From Camelus ferus (lineage: Eukaryota), in assembly GCF_009834535.1 (NCBI RefSeq), contig NC_045696.1, positions 85,686,001-85,750,000 of the forward strand: a stretch of DNA of 64,000 bases. The letters are read 5' to 3'. Positions 1 through 12,730 of this stretch are shown here, piece by piece. The notes beneath the pieces are model-generated. The model saw nothing but the letters and a program-made list of their open reading frames with translations, was not told where the DNA came from and searched no databases. The translations under genes were made by a program, and so were the position numbers. Position 1 is the first letter of the stretch; each line of letters opens with the position of its first letter.

Positions 1-3000
1 ATTTCAGTTTTATGCATTTATTTTCCTTGGTTCTGTCTAGCTACCATCCAAGTGAAGCTGGATGAAATTATGAATCTTCACTTTGGGAATATTCACATGT
101 AAAAAGTAACTGTAATTAATATTTTTGAACTTAAAAGTCTTTTATCTTCCAATTTGTTTCATTTTATTATTTAAATCATAGGGAACAAACCTCAGTCAAA
201 TTGTGATTTATTTTAAGTGAAGTCCTCACAGTAAAGAAACTAACTAATCTCTTATAAATATGCAACATAAGTCAAATGAAAAATAAGTGCTCCTTTTTCA
301 TTTTTCTATTTCTAGAATAAACTTTATAGGTGAAAACAATTTCAGTAGCTTTATTAATTTGACAAGACCTTTGTAACTTATCTAGATATACAGAAAAAGT
401 GAAGTATTGAAGGTAATAAGAGAAATATAGGTCATATTTGAGACATTTGTCATCCTATTTTAATACTCTTAATATCACTAATTAAAATGTATAATACTCT
501 AGTAATAATAATAATAGTTAATAATAATAATAATAAACAGAGATGATCATTTTAGTATGATTTTACAAGATCTGAATTGAAGGGGAAGATTTTTCATATT
601 AAGAAAGCAGGTGTATTCTAGGGGTTGCTAGTTGTGAAGATGTAACAGTTTGACTATCTTTATTAATTCTGATAATATTTGCTCCTCAAAATAATACACA
701 TATATTTGAGAATATGTATTCTTTCTTCTCTCTTGCATTGATATAGATTATTTTTCACATGATTTTAAAAGTGTAATAGAAAATAATACTTGTGAACTTC
801 AAAGATATATAGCTAGGAAGGCATTATAATTTGTTTGACTCAAATCCTCAATATCTTTTAACATTAAAACACCAGTGAACACTAGTAAAAAGGAGAACTT
901 CTTCATTAATACCCAGTGACAAAAAGGCTCAGCATACTTAATTAAATGTTTCTTTGGTATATCAGTTCATATACTTGTTTATAAGTGAATTGATAGAATT
1001 TGCAGTGTATTCAATTGTATCACAATCAAACAAGTTTCATCAAAAAGAATGTGCTAATGACCAGTAAAAAAAAAACCTGAATACTTAATTCTAATTCAAC
1101 TGTAAAAGTAGCAGGCTGCTCCCTTGATAATGAAAGGTACCACATTACCAACACTGTATTATATGTGAATACAGGGCTTTTGTGGTTTTTGACCCATTCT
1201 ACTACAAACTTTTAGATTTAGAGTTTATTAGTGCATGATGAAAGACTACACAATTGATTTTCAGTACCATTTAAAACAATCCTGAGGGTAGCAAAGTTAG
1301 CTCTGAAAAAAGATGCTGAAACAAAAATGTCATCTTATTCTGTAGAAGAATAGAAAGAAGTTCTCTTTTCCTTCCTGGCTCTATATTCTTCCCTTATTCC
1401 TGACAGCCCTGCTTCTACTTCTGCTTCTGACTTGGTACCAAGATATTCTTGTGACTAAGGGCACACTCATTGAGCTCAAATTAGGTGCCAAGGAAAGATC
1501 AGGGAACGATGAGTTCCCGCAACCAAGGACCAAATGTCTAATTCACTTATCTTGTACCTTAAGGTGAGAAAACAATTCAACGTATTTCACTTCACGGTTA
1601 AATCATTTATAAAGTCTGGTGAAAAAAGTCAGAATCTATAATAATAAAATTAGAACCACTTCTGAAGATCAAGAGAGAATCAGTAAATGCTGTAAAATTA
1701 TGACATTTATCTTTAAAATCTCAAAGCCTTTTCCTTTCCTCCTCTGGGAAATGCCCTTTATCCTTGGTATGGCAGCCAAAATACTGGTTTAATTAAAATT
1801 AAAATACAAATATAAAATATTTGTACCAAGACTATTTCCTGCTACTGGAATTCACACATTTTTCAGTAGTTTTTCCTTATTTACAGTGTAAACTTTCTAA
1901 ATATTCAGTTGTTACATCAGTTGCTTGGAATTTGAAGGGGTTTTTTGTTTGTTTGTTTGTTTTTTTAACAGAATTCCAGTAGAGCAATTTATCTTAAAAT
2001 GCCTTTTTTTGGGGGGTCTGTGGTACTAGTTTTATGATAAAAACAAGTCTGTAAATATGTAAACTATTAACCATATACTATAATTTGTAGGAAAAAAAAC
2101 CTTAAAGTATATTTAAATTGGACATTTTAATGTATTAAATTGAGTTGGAATTTTTTTTCCTACTTGTGCTCTTTTTCACAAGATTTGGATTTAAAAGTGA
2201 ACTCTGTTCCTCTATTTCTAATTCACAATTTATTAGATGCTTACTATTCCAGCTGGCAATAAAAGGAAGGTGGTTACAGAAAATGTTAACATGTATAAAT
2301 AATCTGTCTGTGGACTAATTAGGACCATGAATCTCTCATTTTTCCTTCAGTAACCCTTCCTCAACAAAGACAATGGAAAGAGAAGGGAAAAAAATGAAAA
2401 TGCTTTCCCTTTTGAAGGCTATTTGATAAAGACTTAATGGAGAAAGTCTGAACCAGACTTTCATATAAACCTTTCAGCATTTTATCTTTGAAAGGATTTA
2501 AATTCCATAGTAGGTTCACTATATCTTCTAATATGATGCTAAGCCAGTTCAATTACTGTCTGTTAACATGATTGGACATGAAATCAAAGGTTAACAGTAA
2601 CTAAACCAATTATAATTAAAAGTAAATTTTAATGCAAAATAAATCACAAGGAAACTGAAGTAACAATGTAAACTAAGAGATTTAGCTTTAATTCATGGTA
2701 TAGATGTGTAAAATGAATTATAAAGTCCTCTTTTCTTTTTTACATTAATTAGTAATTTTTCCCGGACAAATAATAATCTTTATTACCCATGGGTTGATTT
2801 TTCAGCCACATTTAAAAATTTATCCTCAGCCCCATATCAGAATTTATTTAAGGAACAAAATTCAGTTAATTAATATTTATTTAAGAAAACTTATTTATTC
2901 GAATTTTACTATAATTTGTCATGTAATATATCCCAAAGCTATCACTATTCTAAAGCTAAACATATATAGTTTAAAATATTTTTCATTAGCTGTAATACTG

Positions 3001-4531
3001 TTCTTCTCTATTGGTATTTATGATTTGTATTTAATCAGTATAAATGATACTGAAATTGCTCCTTAATTTGGGCCATATACTCTCCTCCCCTTATAAATGT
3101 AGATAACTGGTAGCTGAACCTCGCTCAAATGAATTCTGAATATATATTCTGTATCTATACATACGCACATATACATGGATTTTTTTTTTTACTACAACTT
3201 TATCAAAAAAGTTTGCATAATGCATCATTCCACAAATGACATTTTAAAAAAACATTTAAATTTAAGGTTCAAAATGAGGTAAGACATAGTGTGGACAACA
3301 CATAAAAACTAGCTGGTAATATTTTATTTGTTAAATGAACCAGGCTTGAGTTTGATAATAAATCACCTCTTATTTCATGTTAATTCAAACATGGCTACCC
3401 AGTTCTGAGATAATACTTTCACTACTCCCACCCGATTTCAAAAATAAAAGTTAGCATTTCTATAAGCTATTGTGTCCTAAAGAAGGGTGGGTAGAGATAC
3501 CAATTCTGGGGAATTTCTCTTCAATCTACTATCTACCTAACCTAACTGGAACAAGCACAATTCCACTCTTATTTTCTGTGCAAGGGGCATCGGAGAATAA
3601 TAATTTTAAAATATTGCAAACAGAAAATGAGAGAGGGAAGACAATGTGTAATCAGTTGGAAAAAGTTCCTGAGGTAATTCTAATATGCCCACTCATCCAT
3701 CCTCACTATGAGAACTACTGTTCTCAGCAAGTATCTTTAGTTACATCCAAGCAAATACTTTATCTTTCATGTACTGCAGTTTGCTAATTCCCATATTTGT
3801 GCAAATCACTGTGGTTATTCTTTTATTTTCTGAAAATACATATCGCTCGTGGACATCAAAATTTAGCTTCAAATTTCCTTCATCCAGTATTTTATCGATA
3901 CAGTAAACTGAATTTTGATATTCTCTCGAACACTTACGCACACTATTTACTCTATGCTGTTTTAGATAAAATATGTTGGAATATTTTATCCTAAGTGTCC
4001 TTCAGTTCAGTCACTTTGCCTGTTTGTTCCAAGAATTCTGGCTTTTCAATTACATTATAAGTACTTGAGAATATAAACTAACTTCAGGGTCTTCTGAAGC
4101 CCCATGTCTAGGACCATATTTTACACAGCTATGGGAAATAACATTCTGGCCAAACTTCTGAGTTTCATGGATCCTGTCTTATTTCTAGAATAGCTACAAT
4201 ACTACCTTTCTTCCTATTAATATCTAACACACAGCCTTAATAATGGACAGTATGTAAATATTTGTTGACAGAATGAATAGAATTTTAAAGCAGTATGTCT
4301 TATTCAGTATTGCAAAAGTTGATAGCCCTTTGGTATGTAACTCAGAGAAATGATGAAAAGGGATGGAGGAAGACAGAGTGTTGAAGAGGTCGTAAGAAGT
4401 GTGACAGTATGGAAAATATAATAAGTTCTTGTGTTTTTCTTGGATTTCTTTATTAATATATATTCATTGACCTCAAGGAAATAAGACTGAGGAAACTGAG
4501 TAGTCTGAGATATCTCTGGGGAGAAACTAAT

Positions 4532-4597
4532 GAAAAGAAAGGGAGGAAGGAAGGGAGGAAGGGAAGGAGGGAGGAAAGGAAGGAAGGAAAGGAGGAG
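4532..4597. repeat. Purine-rich (GGAA/GGGA)n simple repeat
   Basis: gaaaagaaagggaggaaggaagggaggaagggaagg... read directly. Confidence 0.9.
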
Positions 4598-7164
4598 CTA
4601 TAAAACTTAGTTTTGTCTTCTTCAATAGCAGCCAAAGCAGGGAAGGGAGCTTGCCCAGTAATAAAGCAGACGTGGCATGAGTGAAGCTTGTGCTTAGTTG
4701 CCTAAATGTTTATAAATAACAGCAATAATTTAGTAGGCTTTGCTGATGTCTTCTTGGTTATGATTGCTTAACCGAAGGTTCTACACTTTACTGAAAATTG
4801 TACAGGAATGTTAATTCAACCCAGGGTATTAAGTAAAACAGGGCATACAAACAAGCATTATATGTACCACCTCCTTCAGAGACATGTGTAATTTAAAAAT
4901 TTTATCTCTTCTATAGCAGCTAAATATACGAGCTCACACTTACAGTGAAAGAATATGACTATCTCTATTCATATATTTATCTGTCCATGATCCTACTGGG
5001 GACAAAAACATGGGGCAAAATTAGATGATGAATGAAGAAGGGCATGAATCATCATATGAATGAATACATAAAATATATTTTTACCTTGCAAGATCAAAAT
5101 ATTAATGAATGCACAGTTAACCACATTTCACTTAGTTAATGTGAGACATTAAGAAGAGAAAAAAATCATAGGTGTTCTTACTAAAATTTGAATCCTGAAA
5201 TGCTACTATGATCATATTCTCTGTCTTACCAAAGGATATAACAAAGTAATCAATGAGAGTTTAGCTGATGGTAAATTTAGCCCAATAAGAAACATGTGAG
5301 GCAAATACAAAGACATCCTTAAAAAAAAAATAATTTGCAGGCATTTATTTAATTTATTTTCATTAAAGCTATGGATATCCTTATAGAAATTCAGAGTTAT
5401 TTTGGGGTATCTGGAAGCTTGCCACTGTGGTGCTACACCTTAATTGTCTTGGATGTTTCACTTTGTGTTAAAATTTTATATTCTTGTTGGCATTTTATGT
5501 TATCCTTGAATATATTTGTATTTGAACTCTAATTCTATTAGAGAAAAAATGATCCTAAATTGTACATTTATATCTTTTAAAGCATCTAGAATATAATTCA
5601 AGGATTTTAGAAGTTGTTGTACAAAAGAATTACAGAATTTCAAAATGTTGTCACAGCAAATAAATGGCATATAGTATACTATGTCTTAGAAGATGTACAA
5701 TAAGACTATCTTGCTAGTCAACAGAATCAAGGATGTGTAGATAGTAATTTTTTCAAATGTAAAGTAAGCTCATATAAAATTAAAATCTAAAAATATGATA
5801 TTTAGGACTAATGAATACATTGGGGTTTTAAAGTAAAATCTTCATATGTATAGATATGCGTACCAATATTCCACATACTTTTATTACTATTTCCTTTAAT
5901 AAAAATGCTGTAACAATATGTTAAGAAGTTAATATACAACTTATAAAAGCTATGGACATGAGACACAAGTTGAGTTTCCTATCTTGACCCATTGAAAAAG
6001 TTAGTAAACATAACAACTTTAATTTTTCTGAATAACCAGCTGTGTAAAAACATGATGCTTTACCAAGGGCAGATATGGTAATAATTAATAATTCCCAGGA
6101 AAATCTTTCCCATACCTTAAAAATGCTCATAGTCAACCTAAGTTTTACTGGAGCTTTATAGCATGCTGGTATCTAAGAAACATAAAAAGTCTTCTGCACC
6201 ACCTATTAACATGTACTTTATTTGATTGTTTATAGTTCTAAAATTGCAATATGATCAAATTTGCTTTAAATAGTTGAGGATGTAGACTCTGCTCTGATTC
6301 AGTATTATTTGATCAGTATTATTTGCTCTTACCTTAAAGGACAAAAGTATCAAGACAAATGAAAAATATGAAAAACAAAACCCAACAACTATGAATCTTT
6401 GTTAAATGAGTACTGTAGGGATTTAGATATCCTCTGCTTCCTGCTATTATCAGTTGAAGTGATGACTGGATAAGAAAAGGCTACTATAGTTTGCAATTTC
6501 ATCCTTTTGTCAGAGTTTCTCCACTAAAGCTACTATGTATGGTTCAATAGAAAGCTAACTCGAATGAGGATCCCACAGATAACCAAAACAATAGGTCTCA
6601 CTGATAAATGCTTTCCCCTCTACGAAAACAGAACTTGGGATACTGGAGCTGTCTGACATAATACTAAGATGAGTAAGCTATAATAATACAGCTTAAAAAT
6701 CATTTAATTTTTTTTTACATAGTTTTGATTCTCCACTACACTCTAGAATATGGGATGGGACTAAACTTTAAAGGATGTCTTCATGATCCAGCAATTGCTT
6801 CATGACAAAGGAGAGAATGAAGCTCAAAATTCAGAACATGGGACCTCTGCTAATGACCATTTTGCTGGTGCATCCAAAGATGTCCATCCTGTAAGCCATC
6901 ATGGTGAAGGCAACTGTGATTACTGAAATAACCTCACAGGAAGACCTTTGCTCATACCTCAAGAAGATCTCAGACACTGCATTGTAGCTGAAAAGTATAA
7001 AAACGTTTTCTCACTCTCCTGACCTATTAGTTTAGTTGGTATTGATAAGGATTTCTTAGGATTTTGAATTAGACTGAATTTAAACCATGAATGAGATATA
7101 AGCAAACCTGGGAGACACTGACTTCTTTGTGGCAAGTGCCAAATTCATCATTCACATAAAGAAG

Positions 7165-7280
7165 CAGCAGTATAATGCTTAAGAGATACTCAATTCTGTC
7201 AGATCTGGGTGAGAATCCTTATTCAACCATTAATACTTACATAATCTTGGACAGGTTGTTTTAGCCTTTCTGAGATACTT
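7165..7280 (+). mobile_element. MIR SINE fragment
   Basis: gcagtataatgcttaagag...agatctgggtgagaatcc...cttggacaggttgttttagcctttctgag resembles the MIR 5'/core region. Confidence 0.55.
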
Positions 7281-7294
7281 AAACTCTCTAACTG

Positions 7295-7975
7295 ACATGG
7301 CCAGATTTGTATTATTAAAAGATCCCTCTAGCAGCTGTGAAGAATGGATTGAAGGAGACTAGATGGCAGCTAAGAAAACAGGATTTTTTTAAAATTTGTT
7401 TATTTGCAGTAATTTTAAATGTATAGAAAAGTTGTAAAGATAGTAAAGAGAGCTCCCTGTGTATCATTCAATCAAGCTCCCCTAATTCTAACATCTCACA
7501 TACTTACTGATGATGCATTTGTCAAAACTAAGAAATTACATTGGTACACTACCATTAGCTAAACTACAGACTTTATTTCTATTTAGCAATTTCACTAATT
7601 TCTTTTTTTTTGTTCTAGGATACAATTCAGGATATCATGTTGCATTTAATAGTGTTGCTTTTACTTTTTAAATTTTATTTTTTCCCATATTCCAGCCTAA
7701 AGATACTGGTGGTCTAGACTAGCTGGTAGCAGTGAAAATGGAAGGAAGCAGATGTGAAATATTTGCTGAAGCTAGAAACAATGGATGAAGTAACTAACAG
7801 ATAAAGTCATGGAGCAAAGAAATGTATCATGGATGATTTGTACCTTCTGACTTGAAGAACTGAGTGGATGTTAGTGACTTTTATTGAGACAGGATGACTG
7901 GAGGTGGGGTGCGGTTGAAAATATGCTAAGAACAAAAATCATGAGTTTCATTTTAGATTTTTAAGATGCGACTAT
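7295..7975 (-). mobile_element. L2 fragment interrupted by an old L1M(C) 3' fragment (~7385-7655)
   Basis: L2-like text (gatccctctagcagctgtgaagaatggattgaagg; ggtggtctagactagctggtagcagtgaaaatggaagg) flanks an antisense L1MC-like 3' end (aaatgtatagaaaagttgtaaagatagta...ctaaactacagacttt). Confidence 0.6.
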
Positions 7976-10884
7976 TAGCAATAATATATCTAAACAATTT
8001 AGATCAATGGCTAGTGCATGCTGAATAAATGATGGCCACTATGCAATGAGCATCATCATCATCACCATTATCACTATCATCATCAGGAAGGAATTTCAAC
8101 ATTTCTTCAGATTGCAAAGAAACTTTCTATGAAGGTGCCAGTGAGAGAGGCATTCCTGTTTGGTTCCACACTTTTCTCTGTAGAGTGTTTTCAGAGACCT
8201 ATTCAAAGGGAGTGTAAGCTGGAAATGCCAGGCCTTGCTTGGGGCTGCAGAAGGACATGCATATAACATTCTCATTCTTCTCTATCCTGAATTGGGGTCC
8301 TAACTGGGGCCCCTACAGTACAAGAGGTTCCACTGTAAAATGCCAAGTTGAGAGGGTACTACACAACATGAAATGTTAAGAAAATGTAAGAGATTTGGTA
8401 AGTGAAAGGGAATGGTTAAAGGTGAGAATTAGTAAGGCAAATTGCGGCCATAGTGAGAAGGGCTTAAATACATACTAAGGAGTTTAGAATCTATCCAAGT
8501 AGAGAGGAGATAATATAATTTTGTAATGTCAAGGTCCTTCTCAGTAGGAAACCTACATCAAGGTAATAACGGAATTCTAACGTAAAAAATCCTTGTAAGC
8601 AACATGATTTTCTGTTCAGTACATCTCCAACCATAGTGCTTTTCAGAGTAGTAAGAATAGATACTTTGAGGATGAGAATGGTGAATTTAGCAAAAGGAGT
8701 CACCTTTGTTTTTGACTGAAGTATTTAGTAGATTCCTATGCTGGCATTACTGGGCACTATACAAATTATCTAGAATTATTTCATTGTGTTGACATAAGTC
8801 CTGAATCTCAGATTCTTCAGTGTGAACTGTAAAGAAAGTACTGGAACCGACTTAACTTACCCTTCTGTTTATATAGTCTTATATTTACTCTCTTCTATGG
8901 GGCCTTACATATATCTTTTTATTAGATCTCCTTATATTTTATTCTTTGACCACATGTCAAATACTGCATGCTAAGCAGTAGAGAATAATAAATAAAGTTT
9001 AAAGCATTCACAAACAAGGGAATGTTATTAAAAAAATGAATGTTTTCTTTCAGAATTAGCATGGTAGAATTCAGGCCATGAATCCCATTAGTAGATTTAG
9101 TCCTGTAACTGCAGCCCCTGGGGATAGGCAAAATGTCAATAAAGACTGACTTCACAAAGTATAGGAATGATGAGAGTGTGAATGCTTAAAAACATTACCA
9201 CTTCTTCCTCATCCACAGGGTTATTTAATCTTGCTGATGTTATTTGAAATAATGGTCTCAACTCTCTACTTTTCTTTTCCTATGCAGACACAGCCACCAC
9301 ATTGCTGAGTGGAGAATCTACTGTTTTCATAATTTAAATATTGTTAGAATAGAAATAGGAGAAAAGCCTTCAATAATGTATGTACAATTTAAAAATATCT
9401 TTGGCAGTTCTCTAAATAAGCTTCTATAGGCTTCTTCCTTAAAGTAAGAGATGTAATTTTCAAAGGCTTAACTCTGAATGACTTTAACACTGCTTGCTGT
9501 CTGTGATACTGGTTCCCAATTTTTCTTAGTTACATTTAGTCCTGTTTCTGCACCAGTAATTTTTCCCGTTTGTATCATTTCTTGTTTTGAGTGAAGAATT
9601 TAATTCTATCACTTTTAATTTTAAAGCTGCTATAAAATAGGCAACAAAATGCAGGAATTTTATAAATAAAATCATATAATGATGCCTCTTAAATGATGTT
9701 TAAAATGTGACTTTAAGGTGTGTTCCAGGAATGAAAAGTTACTTATTAAGAACTTGATAAGGTAATGACAAAAATATATACTACCATATTTTGCATAGAT
9801 AATTGAACATTTACTTCAAGGCAAGCCACTGTGAAAACAAAGCTATATTATATCAAGGAAATGAAAGACTAGTTTTGGGAGATGTGTCTTACATATGCAA
9901 AATTATTTAAAGCTTTTTAAAAACTATTGGTATAGACAGAACACACTATAGGAATGGAGGAGTTGAATTGCTGTTTGACACTGTTTGATACTGTGGTATC
10001 TAATCTGATGTCCTCAATATTCAGGTCAGCTCTAAGCAAGAATCTTTTGAAATGCTGAAAAACATAGTCCTAGCACCCTGTTCACAGCTCATTTCTGTTT
10101 CAGTCTGTATTAGCTCAAATCAGCTATTAAGTGTATAGAATAGCAATGTCTTGAAATTATTTGAAGGAAAAGATGAACTGTGATTCAATATTTAAAAGTC
10201 CTTAGCTACAGAATCACTTAATGTCACAGTTATAATTATTCAGACTATTGTGATTTTTTTTAAAAAATGTTCCAGATTTAGAAAAATGCTGACTTGTTCC
10301 AACAACTGCATCTGAAATCATTACACTTTTTTTGCAAGAAAAAAAACAATTTCATATCATGGTTTGAAATATTCATTTAGGCATATTTTATGGAATTAAA
10401 CTCCAGCTCCTTGAATTTGGTTGTACTGCCATCTTATCTCTGAACTAAATCATAATCATTGTTTCCATGCAGGCTTTTGTGAACAGTAGGAAAGGACTCA
10501 CATTGCTATGAGAGAATGGCTTAAGTTATAATGGTTGTACAGCTGGGCATCAGGTCAGGTTTTTCCGGATTCTTCCAGGTTGCTATCATTGCACTCACCA
10601 GTCTGCACACATTCTATCAATTTCAATAAATAATTACTGATCTTTCCAGGAAATCTATAGGAGTCAGCAATACTCTGCTCCTTAGAACTTAAAAAGAGGC
10701 TCTTAAAGTAAAAATCATAAGCATAATACACTCAGTTCACAATGGAAAATATTAGCCATCTATTCTAGCCAGAATAACCCAGGCAGTTATTTCTGTTAAT
10801 GAGTTTCTTATATAACTATATATGGTCAGAATGATTTAGGTGTAGTCTTAGGAATCCATAGCAGGAAAGACAGCCTACTGATTT

Positions 10885-11647
10885 TACATCCAAATGTTTC
10901 TGGAATTACTTCTCCCCATCTCTAAGAAACCATTCTTTAAACCATCATAATTTATTCCTGAACTATAGAAATAGCTAATTATTCTATTATCACTTTTGAC
11001 TCTACCCTCTACAGATACCTTATCAACAGCAAATAAATTGATAATTTTAAAATGTAACTCTAATCAATTTGTTCCTTGCATAAAAGCCGTTCAACTTCTT
11101 ATAAAGTCCAAAATCTATAACATATTCAGGAATGCCCTGCAGGGTCTCCCCCTCCCAAATCCACACCTCTACCCACTCATCATTAATTCCTCTTCCCCTC
11201 ACTCACTGACTTCCAGCTACAGCCACTCTCTACTAATTACTTAAAATCCTCTGGTTATTTCCCACCTGAGGACCTTGTTCCGTGTCACCACTGCCTAAAA
11301 GTCTCTTCCACTACTTGTCTGTCGTGTCATTGCCATAAATCCTTTAAGTCCTATCTTAAAAATCACTTCCACAGGAAAGCCTTCCCTGATTTCCCACAGA
11401 AAACTGGGTCCTCTGTTTTGCAGTCTCACAATACCACTTAGTTTTTCTTCAGAGTAATGAAGGCAGTTGTAATTAGTTTTTGTGTGATTACCTCTTTAAT
11501 AACTGACTCCATCACTGAACTGTAAGTTCAATGAGGACAGACCCTGTCTGCCTTGTTAATGTGGTATCTTCACCGATTTACTCAGTATTTAGCACGTGGT
11601 CTGGGTTCAATAAATATTTTAAATAAATTATTCAAGGAATAAATGAA
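10885..11647 (+). mobile_element. L2 LINE 3' region
   Basis: L2 3' hallmarks: tcacttccacaggaaagccttccctga, actgtaagttcaatgaggacag, tcaataaatatt...gaataaatgaa tail. Confidence 0.8.
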
Positions 11648-12504
11648 AACTGAAACTTAATCAAGTTAAAGGAAGAACTATGAAAGCCAAGGACTGACTA
11701 AAGGAAGTCAGTGAGCAAGAACTGGTCATTACTTCACCAACACTGTGTCAGGAATGTAGGTGCCTCATGAAGAAACACCAAGGATAAGTGTCCTGCTGTG
11801 AATCAGAATGAATATCCATTAAGATTATCCAGCTACTACCCCTGCTTTGATTCTATGCCCACCAAACAATACTCTTTTTTCAATTTTTTCTTTCCTTGTT
11901 ATTTTTTCAGAAAGAAAAGCCACTGTGAAACAGATGCAACAATCCTGATCTCTGTGACAGTTCTCACTATAAATAAAGATACTGATATTCTACTTTATGC
12001 ATCAATCTCTTATTATTTTACTTAATATGAGTCAGCCTTACAAGTCTGCCTTCTGTCCTCCGTTGGTGGACAGAAGGCAGAAGAGCTGAAAAGACAGGAT
12101 TCTGAAGAATGCAACTCGCTCAAGGCAGCAGTGGACCTCAAATCAAGGGCATAAGCATAATCTGTTCAAGTAAAATTCAAAAAAAATAATGTCTAGAAAG
12201 GACTTCAAGTATATAGAAACACAGGATATAGAGCTAGAAATTCAGTAGATAAAGTAATGAAAATGAGAGGAGGTTGAGTAGAACTAAAGAGAGGTCTGGG
12301 GAAATTGTATGCCACAAGCCTTCTTCCTCATAGTATGGAGTGTCCAAAGTAGTACATTGTGGCTGCTTGGTCAGCTGCATTTAAAGAACAGCATGCATCA
12401 GACATAATAAGGACTGGATGTAAGTGCATCATAGCAAGTCTAAAAGTATGCCAGTTAAAAACTGGTCAGCATCTCTAGAAAGGGAGAAGAATACAGAGTT
12501 AAAC

Positions 12505-12730
12505 AGTGTGCTGATTAAGAGGTGGGCTCTACAATTAGAATGGCTGATACTGAGTCCCAGCACTCCACCTAATAGCTATGTAACCTAGGCCAAGTAACTT
12601 TATATTGTTAAGCATTAGTCTCCCTTTCTATAAAATGCAAATAATAAGAATAGTACCAATCTGTGAAAATTAGATGTGAATTTGTACATGTACTGCTGTT
12701 TATCCCAGTTCATGGGACAAAATAATGCTT
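12505..12730 (+). mobile_element. MIR SINE
   Basis: MIR core: gagtcccagcactccacctaatagctatgtaacctaggccaagtaactt...tctataaaatgcaaataataa. Confidence 0.75.

Noticed and set aside
3741..3994. Overlapping ORFs with a few CpGs; SNFLHPVFY loosely recalls a FOXRED2 motif
   Set aside because: Short match only, no coherent exon structure, and a second similar-looking peptide near 6745 is in the wrong order; probably chance.
6783..6926. Short + strand ORF MIQQLLHDKGENEAQ...GNCDY
   Set aside because: Under 50 aa, no recognised homology, and no phase-compatible splice context.
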